Assembly (NCBI GenBank): GCA_963691835.1
Contig: OY829383.1
Coordinates: forward strand, 3,184,457-3,248,456
DNA from: Thalassobaculaceae bacterium
Lineage (GTDB): Bacteria > Pseudomonadota > Alphaproteobacteria > Thalassobaculales > Thalassobaculaceae
Reading direction: 5' to 3'
Length of the DNA: 64,000 nucleotides
Below are positions 48,978 to 57,559 of the stretch, in pieces. The stretch's first letter is position 1; every line of letters begins with the position of its first letter. The notes below the pieces were generated by a model. That model was not told the DNA's origin and made no database searches. It was given only the letters and a program-made list of their open reading frames with translations. The position numbers and the translations under genes are program-made.

Positions 48978-50780
48978 ATGCCGCTCGGTCGAAACTACCC
49001 TCAAGTGGGACTTATCGCAGTTACCGTGGCGGTCTTGGCCGGGATCGCCTTCACATATTTTTCGGAACGTCAGCTTCTGCGGGACCGGGAAATCAAGTCC
49101 CTGCAGATCCAGGCCGTAGAATTGACGGATGCCTTCAGGCGGTCTCTCAGGGTCACGACCGCGAACATGACAAGCGTTGCCGCCTACTTCGAGGCAAGCG
49201 ACAGCGTAGCGGAGCCCGAGTTCCATACCTTCATCGACGCATCCGGCTTCTTCTCCGAGGGTCGGCATATCCGGGCAATCGCGATCATGCCTGTTCTAAG
49301 GAATCAGGACATTGCGAGCTTCAACGAAGCGATGGCGGCGCGCACATCCGTTCGGCTGGGCCTTGGATATCCGGAGTGGTCGGGTGTGGCAGATACCGAA
49401 GCCCCGCTGACGATCCCGGCAACCTATGTGGAGTCCCCGGCTGGGCGTTCTGGCGTTGTGGGGTTCAACCTTGCACAGAGCCAGGAGCGTATGGAGGCCG
49501 CCCGGTCCGCCCGGGAAACAGGATCGATCGTAATGACAAGGCCGGTTGCCCTGTCGCAAGACGATGTCGCATCAAGCCAAAGCGTGCTTCTTGTGGCCTA
49601 TACCCCTCATGGCCGCCTGGGCTTGCGGGCCAATCTGACAGAGCGAGCCAGGCCCACGTTCATCGGTGTGGGCTACACCCCGGGCTTCCACATCGCCGAT
49701 ACTTTCAAGGACAATCCATCGGACCTGTCCGTCATGGTCGAAGACGTGACGGACGAGGGGACGTCGATCCCGATTTTTGATGGTGTCGAGCTTGAGGAAA
49801 CAACGGCTGTTGCGTCCTCGAAGATTACATTTGCAGGGCGTGATTGGCGACTGAACTTCTTCGCGCCGTCAGAGCGGTTGATGGCGACACCGGACTGGCT
49901 TCATCTGTTTCTGGTGATCAGCATCACGCTGACATTCGCGGTGGCCTTCAGCGCGCTCCGTCTCATCAACAGCGAGGCGACATTGGCCAGCCGCGTCCGC
50001 GAACGAACGGCCCAACTGGCGGATCAGAACGTCAGGCTTCAGAACGCGCAGACGGTCACGCAGGAGGCGTTGGTCAAGGCGCAGCAGGTCAACAAGATGA
50101 AGTCCGAGTTCCTTGCAACAATGTCCCATGAATTCAGAACGCCACTCAACGCGATCATCGGTTTCACCGACTTTCTGATCAATTACCGAAGCGACGCAAA
50201 CCGGGAGAAGACCGGCGAATACCTTCAGGACATCAAAACCAGTGGATATCACATGTTGGAGCTGGTCAACGAGATACTCGATGCCGCATCGCTTGAAGTG
50301 GGAAAGAGGGAGCTATCACTGGAAGAATTTGACATTTCTTCTGAGCTTCAGGAGGCCATGAACTCTCTCAGGAGCCTCAGCAATCAGAAGAAGATCACTT
50401 TGATCATGAAGAAACCGGAAACCGCGGTGGATGTGAGACTCGATAGAACCGCGATACGGCAGATCTTCCTCAACCTCCTGTCCAACGCGATCAAGTTCTC
50501 TCCTCAGTCTTCCGTGGTCGAGGCTAACATCCATGCCGAGCCGGGGCAGGTGCAGATTGAGTTTCTCGACAACGGCCCGGGAATCCCGTCAAACGCTCTG
50601 GAAAAGATCACTCTGCCGTTCACCCGGGCGGAAAACGATCCGATGCTGACGAAGGAAGGGACCGGTCTCGGTCTGTCCGTCGTCAAGGGCCTTGTGGACC
50701 TCCACGGTGGTGAGCTGACGATTCAAAACCGAGACGGTGGCGGCGCCCTTGTCCGTGTGACCCTTCCGAGTACTCTGTAA
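48978..50780 (+). CDS. Sensor histidine kinase with a periplasmic CHASE-like domain
   Basis: TM helix, a ~270-aa extracytoplasmic region, a second TM helix and a coiled coil. HisKA box SEFLATMSHEFRTPLNAIIGF and HATPase_c (NLLSNAIKF...DNGPGIP...GTGLGLSVVKGLVDLHGG). No receiver domain. Confidence 0.85.
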   Translation: MPLGRNYPQVGLIAVTVAVLAGIAFTYFSERQLLRDREIKSLQIQAVELTDAFRRSLRVTTANMTSVAAYFEASDSVAEPEFHTFIDASGFFSEGRHIRAIAIMPVLRNQDIASFNEAMAARTSVRLGLGYPEWSGVADTEAPLTIPATYVESPAGRSGVVGFNLAQSQERMEAARSARETGSIVMTRPVALSQDDVASSQSVLLVAYTPHGRLGLRANLTERARPTFIGVGYTPGFHIADTFKDNPSDLSVMVEDVTDEGTSIPIFDGVELEETTAVASSKITFAGRDWRLNFFAPSERLMATPDWLHLFLVISITLTFAVAFSALRLINSEATLASRVRERTAQLADQNVRLQNAQTVTQEALVKAQQVNKMKSEFLATMSHEFRTPLNAIIGFTDFLINYRSDANREKTGEYLQDIKTSGYHMLELVNEILDAASLEVGKRELSLEEFDISSELQEAMNSLRSLSNQKKITLIMKKPETAVDVRLDRTAIRQIFLNLLSNAIKFSPQSSVVEANIHAEPGQVQIEFLDNGPGIPSNALEKITLPFTRAENDPMLTKEGTGLGLSVVKGLVDLHGGELTIQNRDGGGALVRVTLPSTL

Positions 50781-50890
50781 GCGCTGGCCGATTGGGTCTC
50801 AAAGACCGGCAGAAACGCTGAACGAACGGCTCGGGTAGAGGGGCGGCTCCGGTACGACCAGGGCAAAGACCAGCGGCGATCCCAATCAGA

Positions 50891-51565
50891 CTACGACCCC
50901 ACCGCCGCGGCCATGATGGACTCGACGTGAACCGCCGCACAGTCGAGAACCGGGAACGCTGAGTCCTCTTCGCTATAGACCAAGGCCAGGTCCGTCCCAC
51001 CCAGTATGACCGCCTCTACACCGCTTTCCTTGATCAGTTGTTCACAAGCGGCATCAAACACGGCGCGTTGATCGTCGGTCACCGATCCGGCTGCCGCCAT
51101 CGTGACATAGGCGTCGTGAACATGATCCAGCATATCGCCTTGCGGCGGGATCACCTCGGCGGTGCGGACGCCGCCATAGAATCGGGTTTCCATGACGGTT
51201 CGGGTGCCCAGAACGCCGATCCGTTTCAGCTTTCGGGCTTCGATCGCGGCGCCAACCTCCAGCAGCATGTCGATCACGGGCAGCGGCGACGACTGCTTGA
51301 ACGCGTCGATGCAGAAGTGTCCGGCGATTGACGTAACCGCGACACAGCCGGCACCCGAGGAAACCAGGCGTTCGGTCAACCTGTTGTAAATGGCGACCTG
51401 GGCGTCGACACGGCCGTGCGCAAGATTGCCCAGCAGTGTGGGCGTATCCGCATGAACGATGGTCATGTCCAGATCTTCAGCCCTCGCGGCGAAGGCTTGG
51501 ATCAGACGCCGGTAGTAGTAGTCGGTCGCCGCGGGCCCAATACCACCGATGAGGCCGATCTGCAT
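50891..51565 (-). CDS. Aspartate/glutamate racemase family protein (second, divergent copy)
   Basis: MQIGLIGGIGPAATDYYYRRL...VAVTSIAGH...VILGGTDLAL. Start at the ATG at 51565. Confidence 0.7.
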   Translation of the reverse strand: MQIGLIGGIGPAATDYYYRRLIQAFAARAEDLDMTIVHADTPTLLGNLAHGRVDAQVAIYNRLTERLVSSGAGCVAVTSIAGHFCIDAFKQSSPLPVIDMLLEVGAAIEARKLKRIGVLGTRTVMETRFYGGVRTAEVIPPQGDMLDHVHDAYVTMAAAGSVTDDQRAVFDAACEQLIKESGVEAVILGGTDLALVYSEEDSAFPVLDCAAVHVESIMAAAVGS

Positions 51566-51694
51566 GCTGAGTTCCTTCCGGGATTTGAGCCTGAAGCGTG
51601 ATCGCGCCAACTGTCATCCGCGGGCATGGAGAACGCAAGAGAGCCCGCGTCGTGTCGCCCGAACCGCCGCACGGATGACTGTAGTAGTAAAGGC

Positions 51695-51718
51695 AAGTAA
51701 TTGGTCGGGGAGAGAGGA
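51695..51718. repeat. Distal att-type direct repeat (copy of the tRNA-Pro 3' end)
   Basis: aagtaattggtcggggagagagga. 19 nt (51700-51718) are identical to 61500-61518, and 23 of 24 nt match when extended to 51695/61495. Confidence 0.85.
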
Positions 51719-51826
51719 GCCGATAGGCCTTCATAAAACACAAGCGAAATCAGTATATTGCGCGTGAAGCAGTCAGTGTGTGTAGCACGCTGGTGTAGCA
51801 CCATCAATAGTCAGAACAAGCGACTT

Positions 51827-54049
51827 CTATACCTGAACTGGGATTTCGAGTGTAGGCCGGAGCGGCTCAAGCTGGGTTGCATATGCCCGAACAATTTGAT
51901 CGTATAGGCCCGTTACACCGCGGGCCTTCACGCTTACAATTAGAGCGTATGGCAGCGTTGCATCTGGAGCGAAATTGCGTCCCTCCAGCCGAGCATTGTA
52001 ATGCAGATCAAATACTGGATTTCTTAGAGACCGGCCCCGCATCCTTTTGGTAGCATGGAGGCAGTTTTCCCATTTCCAAGCATCACGTCGCAACTCGTCT
52101 TCAGTCGCTCCAGATTGAGCCGATCCAAAAAACGATGTCGTATTCGGGTGAAGTTGGTCGTCCCTTGAGAATTTTTCATCATGTGGACGGAATGCGATCT
52201 CAAGCCCTGATTGAGTATAGTTTCCGGGATGATGGGGGTCGGTTTGTGATTTGTAGCAAACAGTAGCCTTAATATTCACCATGCTACTAATTTGTGCCGG
52301 AGGCATGGGCACCTTTACTCTGACGTATTGGGCAGGCGATATTTCACCTTGATAAACTACTCGATACTCGTCATCAGCACACAGAACAATATCGTTTAAG
52401 TCTTGTGCGCAACGCCCCCAGCCGACCTCATGTAGGTCAAGGTCACTGGTCTCTGCCATATGAACAAGAAGCGCACGAATTGCCAGGTGTCCCAAGTCAG
52501 CGCCGAAATGCGCTCTAACACCAGTGCCCATTCTCAACACGCTGGGGGTAGCGAATGATGTGCCAGCTGTTGTGGTTAGCGTGGGGCTAGTTTCTGGGCC
52601 TAGAACAATGAATGGGCGTGCGAGGGAACCCCCAAAACCTACAAGATCGGGCTTTACTAGACCCGGGCTGCGTCCCGGTCCCACAGAGCTGTATGAGGCG
52701 CGCACCCAATTCGCATCGGTGGTATCGCACGCTCCGATCGCAAGAGCGTTTACGCAATCTGAGGGTACTTGAACCCTGTTCAGCCCAGTAGCTGCGTCAC
52801 TTTCACCGTCATTCCCAACCGCAATCATCGCAAGTGTATGGCTGCGCGATAGTCGATCATCCAGTACAGCAGTCCAAGCGTGGACGTCGTCATCCTCTAT
52901 GGGTAGGTACGGCCCGATGCTGAGATTGATAAAGTCATACTCGTGCTCTGAGAGCACGCCTTCTATCCGTTCAAGAACTTCATACAGTTCATGAACATTC
53001 TGACCCGGGTCTTCGTCGACGACCCTGTAGTGGTCTATCGCTGCGAAGGGTCGGGGAAAGGGGTTCTGAGGGTCTAGATGCCCAAAAAGTGCGGCGGATG
53101 TGACCGCTACGCCGTGTTCGAGAAGTGCAGGGCTCGCTGGCGACATACCCTCAATCTCATATGGCGTCACCCATTGAGTAATGGGATGTTCGTCGGGTAT
53201 TCCACCGTCAAAAATCGCGACGCGGGTTTGATCTGATATGGGAGGTTCATCGGGAAGCGTCGGACTTGTCGTTGGAATGGCTACCGTCCGAACAGTTGGG
53301 CGGAGCACTCGCAAATCTGGCATTCTCCTCAAGGCGCGAACTGACGAGAATGTAGCAATTTCTTCAGCTTGCTCTGAAGGCCCATCTATTTCAATGAAAC
53401 ACAAGCCTCTCGCATAGAACCGTCGCCCGAAGTCTCGACTTATCCCGCGAGCTTCGAGAAACCGGCCAAATGCGTCTAGCAGTTCGATCTCGCCCTCAAT
53501 TCCATTAGCATGGAGAACGACCTCCATCGCTAGTGTGCCCTCGTCTGGCAGGCCTCCTTTGATCTTTGCACGTGGATTAGGAGCCGAGATTTCCTCGATA
53601 GAAACGAGTTCCTCGGCGCTCCGTCGGGTCGATGACCAGTTTGGGAGGCTCTCACTCCATCGACGAAATGCGCTGCGAGACCCGCGCGCAAACAGTTCGG
53701 TGCTTACTGCCTCAGAAGGCACACGATCCCGTGAGCGCTTCTGGGGCGTCACTTTACGTGGACGACTGCCGACAACATCCATCCCAACATCGCGAAGCAG
53801 TTCCATTGGAAAGTATGACTTCGCGATGTATTCGGGGTTTAGGGTCAAAGAAAGGATTGCTTTATCATGGGGGCAGGCATCGTCTGGCAGTTGGTCCAAA
53901 GAGCCAACGGCGGTGGTTAGCATTGGTGTTAGCCGAGTTCGGGCCTCGCCAAATGTATAAGGAGCCAGCTTGGGCCCGCCTCCAGAACGAACTGTTACCG
54001 GTTCCGTAAGTCGTTCGCCTCTGCCAAGAAGGAAGTTCTGTTTCGCCAT
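51827..54049 (-). CDS. S8 (subtilisin-family) serine peptidase with large N- and C-terminal extra domains; IetS-like candidate
   Basis: 740 aa. Catalytic-triad motifs occur in subtilase order: RVAIFDGGI (Asp), LEHGVAVTSAALFG (His), IAVGNDGE (oxyanion Asn) and TAGTSFATPSV (Ser). No signal peptide. Starts 7 nt after the AAA+ ATPase stop. Confidence 0.8.
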   Translation of the reverse strand: MAKQNFLLGRGERLTEPVTVRSGGGPKLAPYTFGEARTRLTPMLTTAVGSLDQLPDDACPHDKAILSLTLNPEYIAKSYFPMELLRDVGMDVVGSRPRKVTPQKRSRDRVPSEAVSTELFARGSRSAFRRWSESLPNWSSTRRSAEELVSIEEISAPNPRAKIKGGLPDEGTLAMEVVLHANGIEGEIELLDAFGRFLEARGISRDFGRRFYARGLCFIEIDGPSEQAEEIATFSSVRALRRMPDLRVLRPTVRTVAIPTTSPTLPDEPPISDQTRVAIFDGGIPDEHPITQWVTPYEIEGMSPASPALLEHGVAVTSAALFGHLDPQNPFPRPFAAIDHYRVVDEDPGQNVHELYEVLERIEGVLSEHEYDFINLSIGPYLPIEDDDVHAWTAVLDDRLSRSHTLAMIAVGNDGESDAATGLNRVQVPSDCVNALAIGACDTTDANWVRASYSSVGPGRSPGLVKPDLVGFGGSLARPFIVLGPETSPTLTTTAGTSFATPSVLRMGTGVRAHFGADLGHLAIRALLVHMAETSDLDLHEVGWGRCAQDLNDIVLCADDEYRVVYQGEISPAQYVRVKVPMPPAQISSMVNIKATVCYKSQTDPHHPGNYTQSGLEIAFRPHDEKFSRDDQLHPNTTSFFGSAQSGATEDELRRDAWKWENCLHATKRMRGRSLRNPVFDLHYNARLEGRNFAPDATLPYALIVSVKARGVTGLYDQIVRAYATQLEPLRPTLEIPVQV

Positions 54050-54056
54050 CGATAAG

Positions 54057-55160
54057 TCAGCTTTCGGCAGGGTGAGCCTTGACGTGCTCCCTTATTGTGT
54101 CGCGAGCAACGCCAGTAAGCTCATGCGCTCTGCGCTGTGATGTGAGACCGGACTGAACAAGCTGGACTGCCATTCTAATGCGATCTGATTTTGAAAGTGA
54201 TTCTCCTGATAGTAGCGAAGATAGATGGTCGTTTAAACCCTTCCCATTCAGCGCAGCAGAACGGCGGGCCCTATTTAATGTCCGCTCCACGTCGCTAAAT
54301 GACAGCCCACCGAAGGCGACGGACAAAACGTCCGACCAATCGTCTGCGTTTTTGGTAAATGGATCGAGCTGCGACTTGATGAAAATCTGTGCTGCTTCCT
54401 GAGAAGGAAGATTGAACTCTACCAACTCCTCAAATCGCCTCCAAATTGCCGGATCAAGAAGTTCAGCATGATTAGTTGCGGCTATAAGAATGCCACTTGA
54501 GGGCCAGTCATCTAGTTGCTGAAGTAAAACCGTTACGAGGCGCTTGAGTTCTCCTATTTCTCCGCCGTCATCACGGCGTTTTGCTATCGCATCCAGTTCA
54601 TCTAGAAGCAAAATCCCGTCAATAGATTTTGCGTAATCAAGTACGTGACGAAGATTTGAGCCGGTTCGTCCCAGATAACTGCTCATTACTGCGGAAAGAT
54701 CGAGTATCAGTAAGGGGCGCTCAAGTTCACGGGCCAACCACCGGGCAGCCATAGTTTTGCCAACACCCGGGGGGCCAGTGAACAGAACTGTCCGAGTTGG
54801 CTCCAAGCCAACATCTGAAAGCGCCTTTGTGCTAGCGCGTTCTTCCATCAGACGCTCAAGTACTCCGCGTACCTTCTCGTCAAAAACAGGTTCGTGGGGT
54901 AGCTCAGGTGTTTCTTCAATACGTATCAGTTGAAAGCGCGTATCGGTGTCCACTGGTACGGGCAGCTCGGTGTTTCGACGCAAAGGTGATGAACGGGTTG
55001 GACGCTTCCTCAATAGCTCAACTAGAGCCGTGGATAGAGCCGCGCTCTCCGTGCGCTTTGCGACACGATGCAAAAAGGTCTGAACGTCCTGAGGCCGTCC
55101 GGATAGTGCTATCCTAGCCAGATGGACGAAATTATCTTCAATATCAGATTTATCGGCCAT
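54057..55160 (-). CDS. AAA+ ATPase (classic-clade AAA domain); IetA-like candidate
   Basis: 367 aa. Walker A FTGPPGVGKT, Walker B ILLLDELD, sensor-1 IAATNHAELLD and Arg finger AIWRRFE. The ~130-aa N-terminal domain is unknown. The C-terminal tail RAHELTGVARDTIREHV looks HTH-like. Confidence 0.85.
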   Translation of the reverse strand: MADKSDIEDNFVHLARIALSGRPQDVQTFLHRVAKRTESAALSTALVELLRKRPTRSSPLRRNTELPVPVDTDTRFQLIRIEETPELPHEPVFDEKVRGVLERLMEERASTKALSDVGLEPTRTVLFTGPPGVGKTMAARWLARELERPLLILDLSAVMSSYLGRTGSNLRHVLDYAKSIDGILLLDELDAIAKRRDDGGEIGELKRLVTVLLQQLDDWPSSGILIAATNHAELLDPAIWRRFEELVEFNLPSQEAAQIFIKSQLDPFTKNADDWSDVLSVAFGGLSFSDVERTLNRARRSAALNGKGLNDHLSSLLSGESLSKSDRIRMAVQLVQSGLTSQRRAHELTGVARDTIREHVKAHPAES

Positions 55161-55306
55161 GTTAGGCTTCGCATCCCCTTTAACGAGGGAATCATTGAAT
55201 CATGGTGTGGAAGAAAATTCAATAAGAAGATGGAAAAATCGTCCATTGGCTACGGGTGGTAGCCATTGATAGTGCCTGCTCGGGCTGTCGCTCTCGCCCG
55301 GTGACG

Positions 55307-55324
55307 TGTGCAACTCGTTGCACA
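55307..55324. promoter_or_regulatory. Perfect 8+8 palindrome between the orphan gene and the ATPase gene
   Basis: tgtgcaac-tc-gttgcaca lies 3 nt beyond the stop of the 476-aa ORF, inside the 167-bp spacer upstream of the ATPase gene. A second inverted repeat, tggctac-gggtg-gtagcca, is at 55247-55265. Confidence 0.35.
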
Positions 55325-55327
55325 AAA

Positions 55328-56758
55328 TCACCGGAACTGGCGGCGATCGACCCCCTCAAGGGCGGCGGTTAATGCTGATCCATAGGGTTCAGCAAGAATG
55401 TATCGAGGTTCTCTTGTGCGCTGGTCAGGTCGGGTGAGAACCAAAATACCATCACACAAGAGCTGGATGATCATTTGATCGATCCGATCGTCGCCGGTCG
55501 GAGAAATTCCCCCATTCATCAACAAGAGAAGCAGAACTCGTTCAACGGCGAATGGGTTGCCTGTTCCTGCGCGGGCGACTGCAGCAATCGCTGAACTGTA
55601 GAGATGTAATGGGTTGTCGAGGCGGAGGCTTACGTCTGGAAGCGCCGACAGCAGTCGTTCGAGACGCTCTCGTGCGTCATTGCGAAGGAAATCGAGCATA
55701 GTGACCAATCCGTCGAAAGAAGTGGCAAACCGGTTCTGGGTCGCCCTACTGCCAAATATTTGGCGGACATTCCTCAAATACCGAACTTCGAACCTCAATC
55801 GGTCATATTCCTTGGCGTATACAGCTATTTCGACGTACCGGTTGTTTGTGGTTGCGATGACGGAGATTGCATTCCTCAACTGACGCCAACGGCCACGCCC
55901 GGGCTCACGATAAGGGCGGGCCGGTGGCAAGTCGTAGTCGGTAGCTAACGTGTCCTTGGATACAGCGAACAAAGCTGGGCGTAGGTGATGGACAAACGAA
56001 ATCGCATCAGGGACACGATACTCCCAAAAAACTTCACATCTGCGCATGATCCAGTTGGACCACGGCAGGTCGACTAAAGCATCAAAGTCGCCAAGCTCAG
56101 CGGCTGAACGAATGCGTTGATCGAATGGCTCAGCCAATATGCTTGGCGGGAGACCGTCTTCGCTGCTTACCGTTTCAAGCAGCTCGGAAAACCCGTTGAG
56201 AAGATTGGACAATGCGTTGACGCTAGCAGGGAAGAATGGGCGTAGGGTTCGCCATTGCTCCAGTGGAAGAAAGTTATCGGAGCCATCCAATGATAACGCA
56301 GAAAGCCGCTCTGTGATTTCCGGATGCCTAAGCAGAGTGCTTACGGCTGTAGCCTCTTCGTAAACTGTGTCATTTGGGGCGTGAGCGAGAAGCCTTGTGA
56401 GGCTCACAACGAGGTCAACCGAAGTGCGAGCGCGCTCAATCGAAACAGTTTGTCGGGCAGTGTGACGCTCTACAGAAAGGTCAACTGCCCCGGATGTGCT
56501 TAGCTTGAACGAAGCAACAGCGTCACTGTTCGTTTTAACGGATATCCGCTGCGCATTGTAGCGAGGTATCTGAAAAGGTCCGGTGCCTGCGAGAAGTTCA
56601 AGAAAACCTCGCCTTGAGGACGGAGACGAAAAGGCAATGCGCCCACTGTTGAATTGAAGGTCGATACGGTCGAATTGGGCTTCGTCTAAAGAGGGCGTTA
56701 TACCAGCTTGAAAGGGAGTGATATTCGGTCTGGGTCTATAACGGACGCGTCTTGCCAT
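55328..56758 (-). CDS. Hypothetical 476-aa protein (island cargo, no recognised family)
   Basis: Long uninterrupted ORF co-oriented with the ATPase/protease genes and of the same low-GC composition. The only motif-level hint is RYVEIAVYAKEYDRLRFEVRY, reminiscent of the Y-x-K...R-x-E pattern of Rep_trans-type initiators/relaxases. This is a weak hint. Confidence 0.65.
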   Translation of the reverse strand: MARRVRYRPRPNITPFQAGITPSLDEAQFDRIDLQFNSGRIAFSSPSSRRGFLELLAGTGPFQIPRYNAQRISVKTNSDAVASFKLSTSGAVDLSVERHTARQTVSIERARTSVDLVVSLTRLLAHAPNDTVYEEATAVSTLLRHPEITERLSALSLDGSDNFLPLEQWRTLRPFFPASVNALSNLLNGFSELLETVSSEDGLPPSILAEPFDQRIRSAAELGDFDALVDLPWSNWIMRRCEVFWEYRVPDAISFVHHLRPALFAVSKDTLATDYDLPPARPYREPGRGRWRQLRNAISVIATTNNRYVEIAVYAKEYDRLRFEVRYLRNVRQIFGSRATQNRFATSFDGLVTMLDFLRNDARERLERLLSALPDVSLRLDNPLHLYSSAIAAVARAGTGNPFAVERVLLLLLMNGGISPTGDDRIDQMIIQLLCDGILVLTRPDQRTREPRYILAEPYGSALTAALEGVDRRQFR

Positions 56759-56817
56759 TCATCCTCTCGGTTCTGCGCCTATACCCCTTGGTATCCCTCT
56801 GTAGAGTGGACGTTACC

Positions 56818-57453
56818 CTAGTGCAATCCCAGCCGAGTGACCAACCTTCTAACGGTCGTGCGCTGCCAAGTCTTGCCGGTGCTGGTTTGCACGCTGAGTT
56901 CATTTAGCGCCTGCGCTAGTGCCTCGTAGCGTGTTGCGCCATGCTGCGCGACGAGGCGCTCTAAGATGGGGGCCATCTCGCGAGCGAACGCATCCGCCGC
57001 TGCACGGTTCTCCCTCGCGCGGTCGATGCCGGTAACGCCCAAGGCCACGCCCCTTGCCTTCGCTGCCGCCAATGCTGATTTCGTTCGCGCGCTGATCAGC
57101 TCTCGCTCGTGCTCGGCGAAGGCCGCGAGCATGTGCACCATGAGCCGATTGGCATGGGGGTTATCGGTCGCTACGAAATCTACGCCGCTTTCCATTAGGC
57201 CGCTGACGAAGTGGACGTTGCGGGCGAGACGGTCGAGTTTCGCGATGACCAGTGTCGCTTTCCGGCGGCGGCACATCGAGATTGCCGCACTGAGTTCTGG
57301 GCGATCCTTACGCTTGCCGCTCTCGACCTCGGTGAAGGTCTCGATCAGGTCGCCACGGTCCACTGATACGAAACGCTCCACGGCTTCCCGCTGCGCTTCC
57401 AACCCAAGACCGGACTGGCCTTGTCGATCCGTGCTGACGCGGAAGTAGGCCAC
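56818..57453 (-). CDS. Serine recombinase (resolvase/invertase family)
   Basis: VAYFRVSTDRQGQSGLGLEAQREAV (catalytic Ser box)...LVIAKLDRLARNV...ISARTKSALAAAKARG. The start is uncertain: GTG at 57453 or TTG at 57495. The ATG at 57663 would overlap the neighbouring gene by ~100 nt. Confidence 0.8.
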   Translation of the reverse strand: MAYFRVSTDRQGQSGLGLEAQREAVERFVSVDRGDLIETFTEVESGKRKDRPELSAAISMCRRRKATLVIAKLDRLARNVHFVSGLMESGVDFVATDNPHANRLMVHMLAAFAEHERELISARTKSALAAAKARGVALGVTGIDRARENRAAADAFAREMAPILERLVAQHGATRYEALAQALNELSVQTSTGKTWQRTTVRRLVTRLGLH

Positions 57454-57559
57454 GAACCGCTTGCTGGGTAGCGTCTCTTTGCCCTCCGGTGACAAGTGGA
57501 GGACCGTTCTTTTGTCACCAGATGTCCCGTTTTCCGCTAGGGGACCGATTTTCCTGTCC

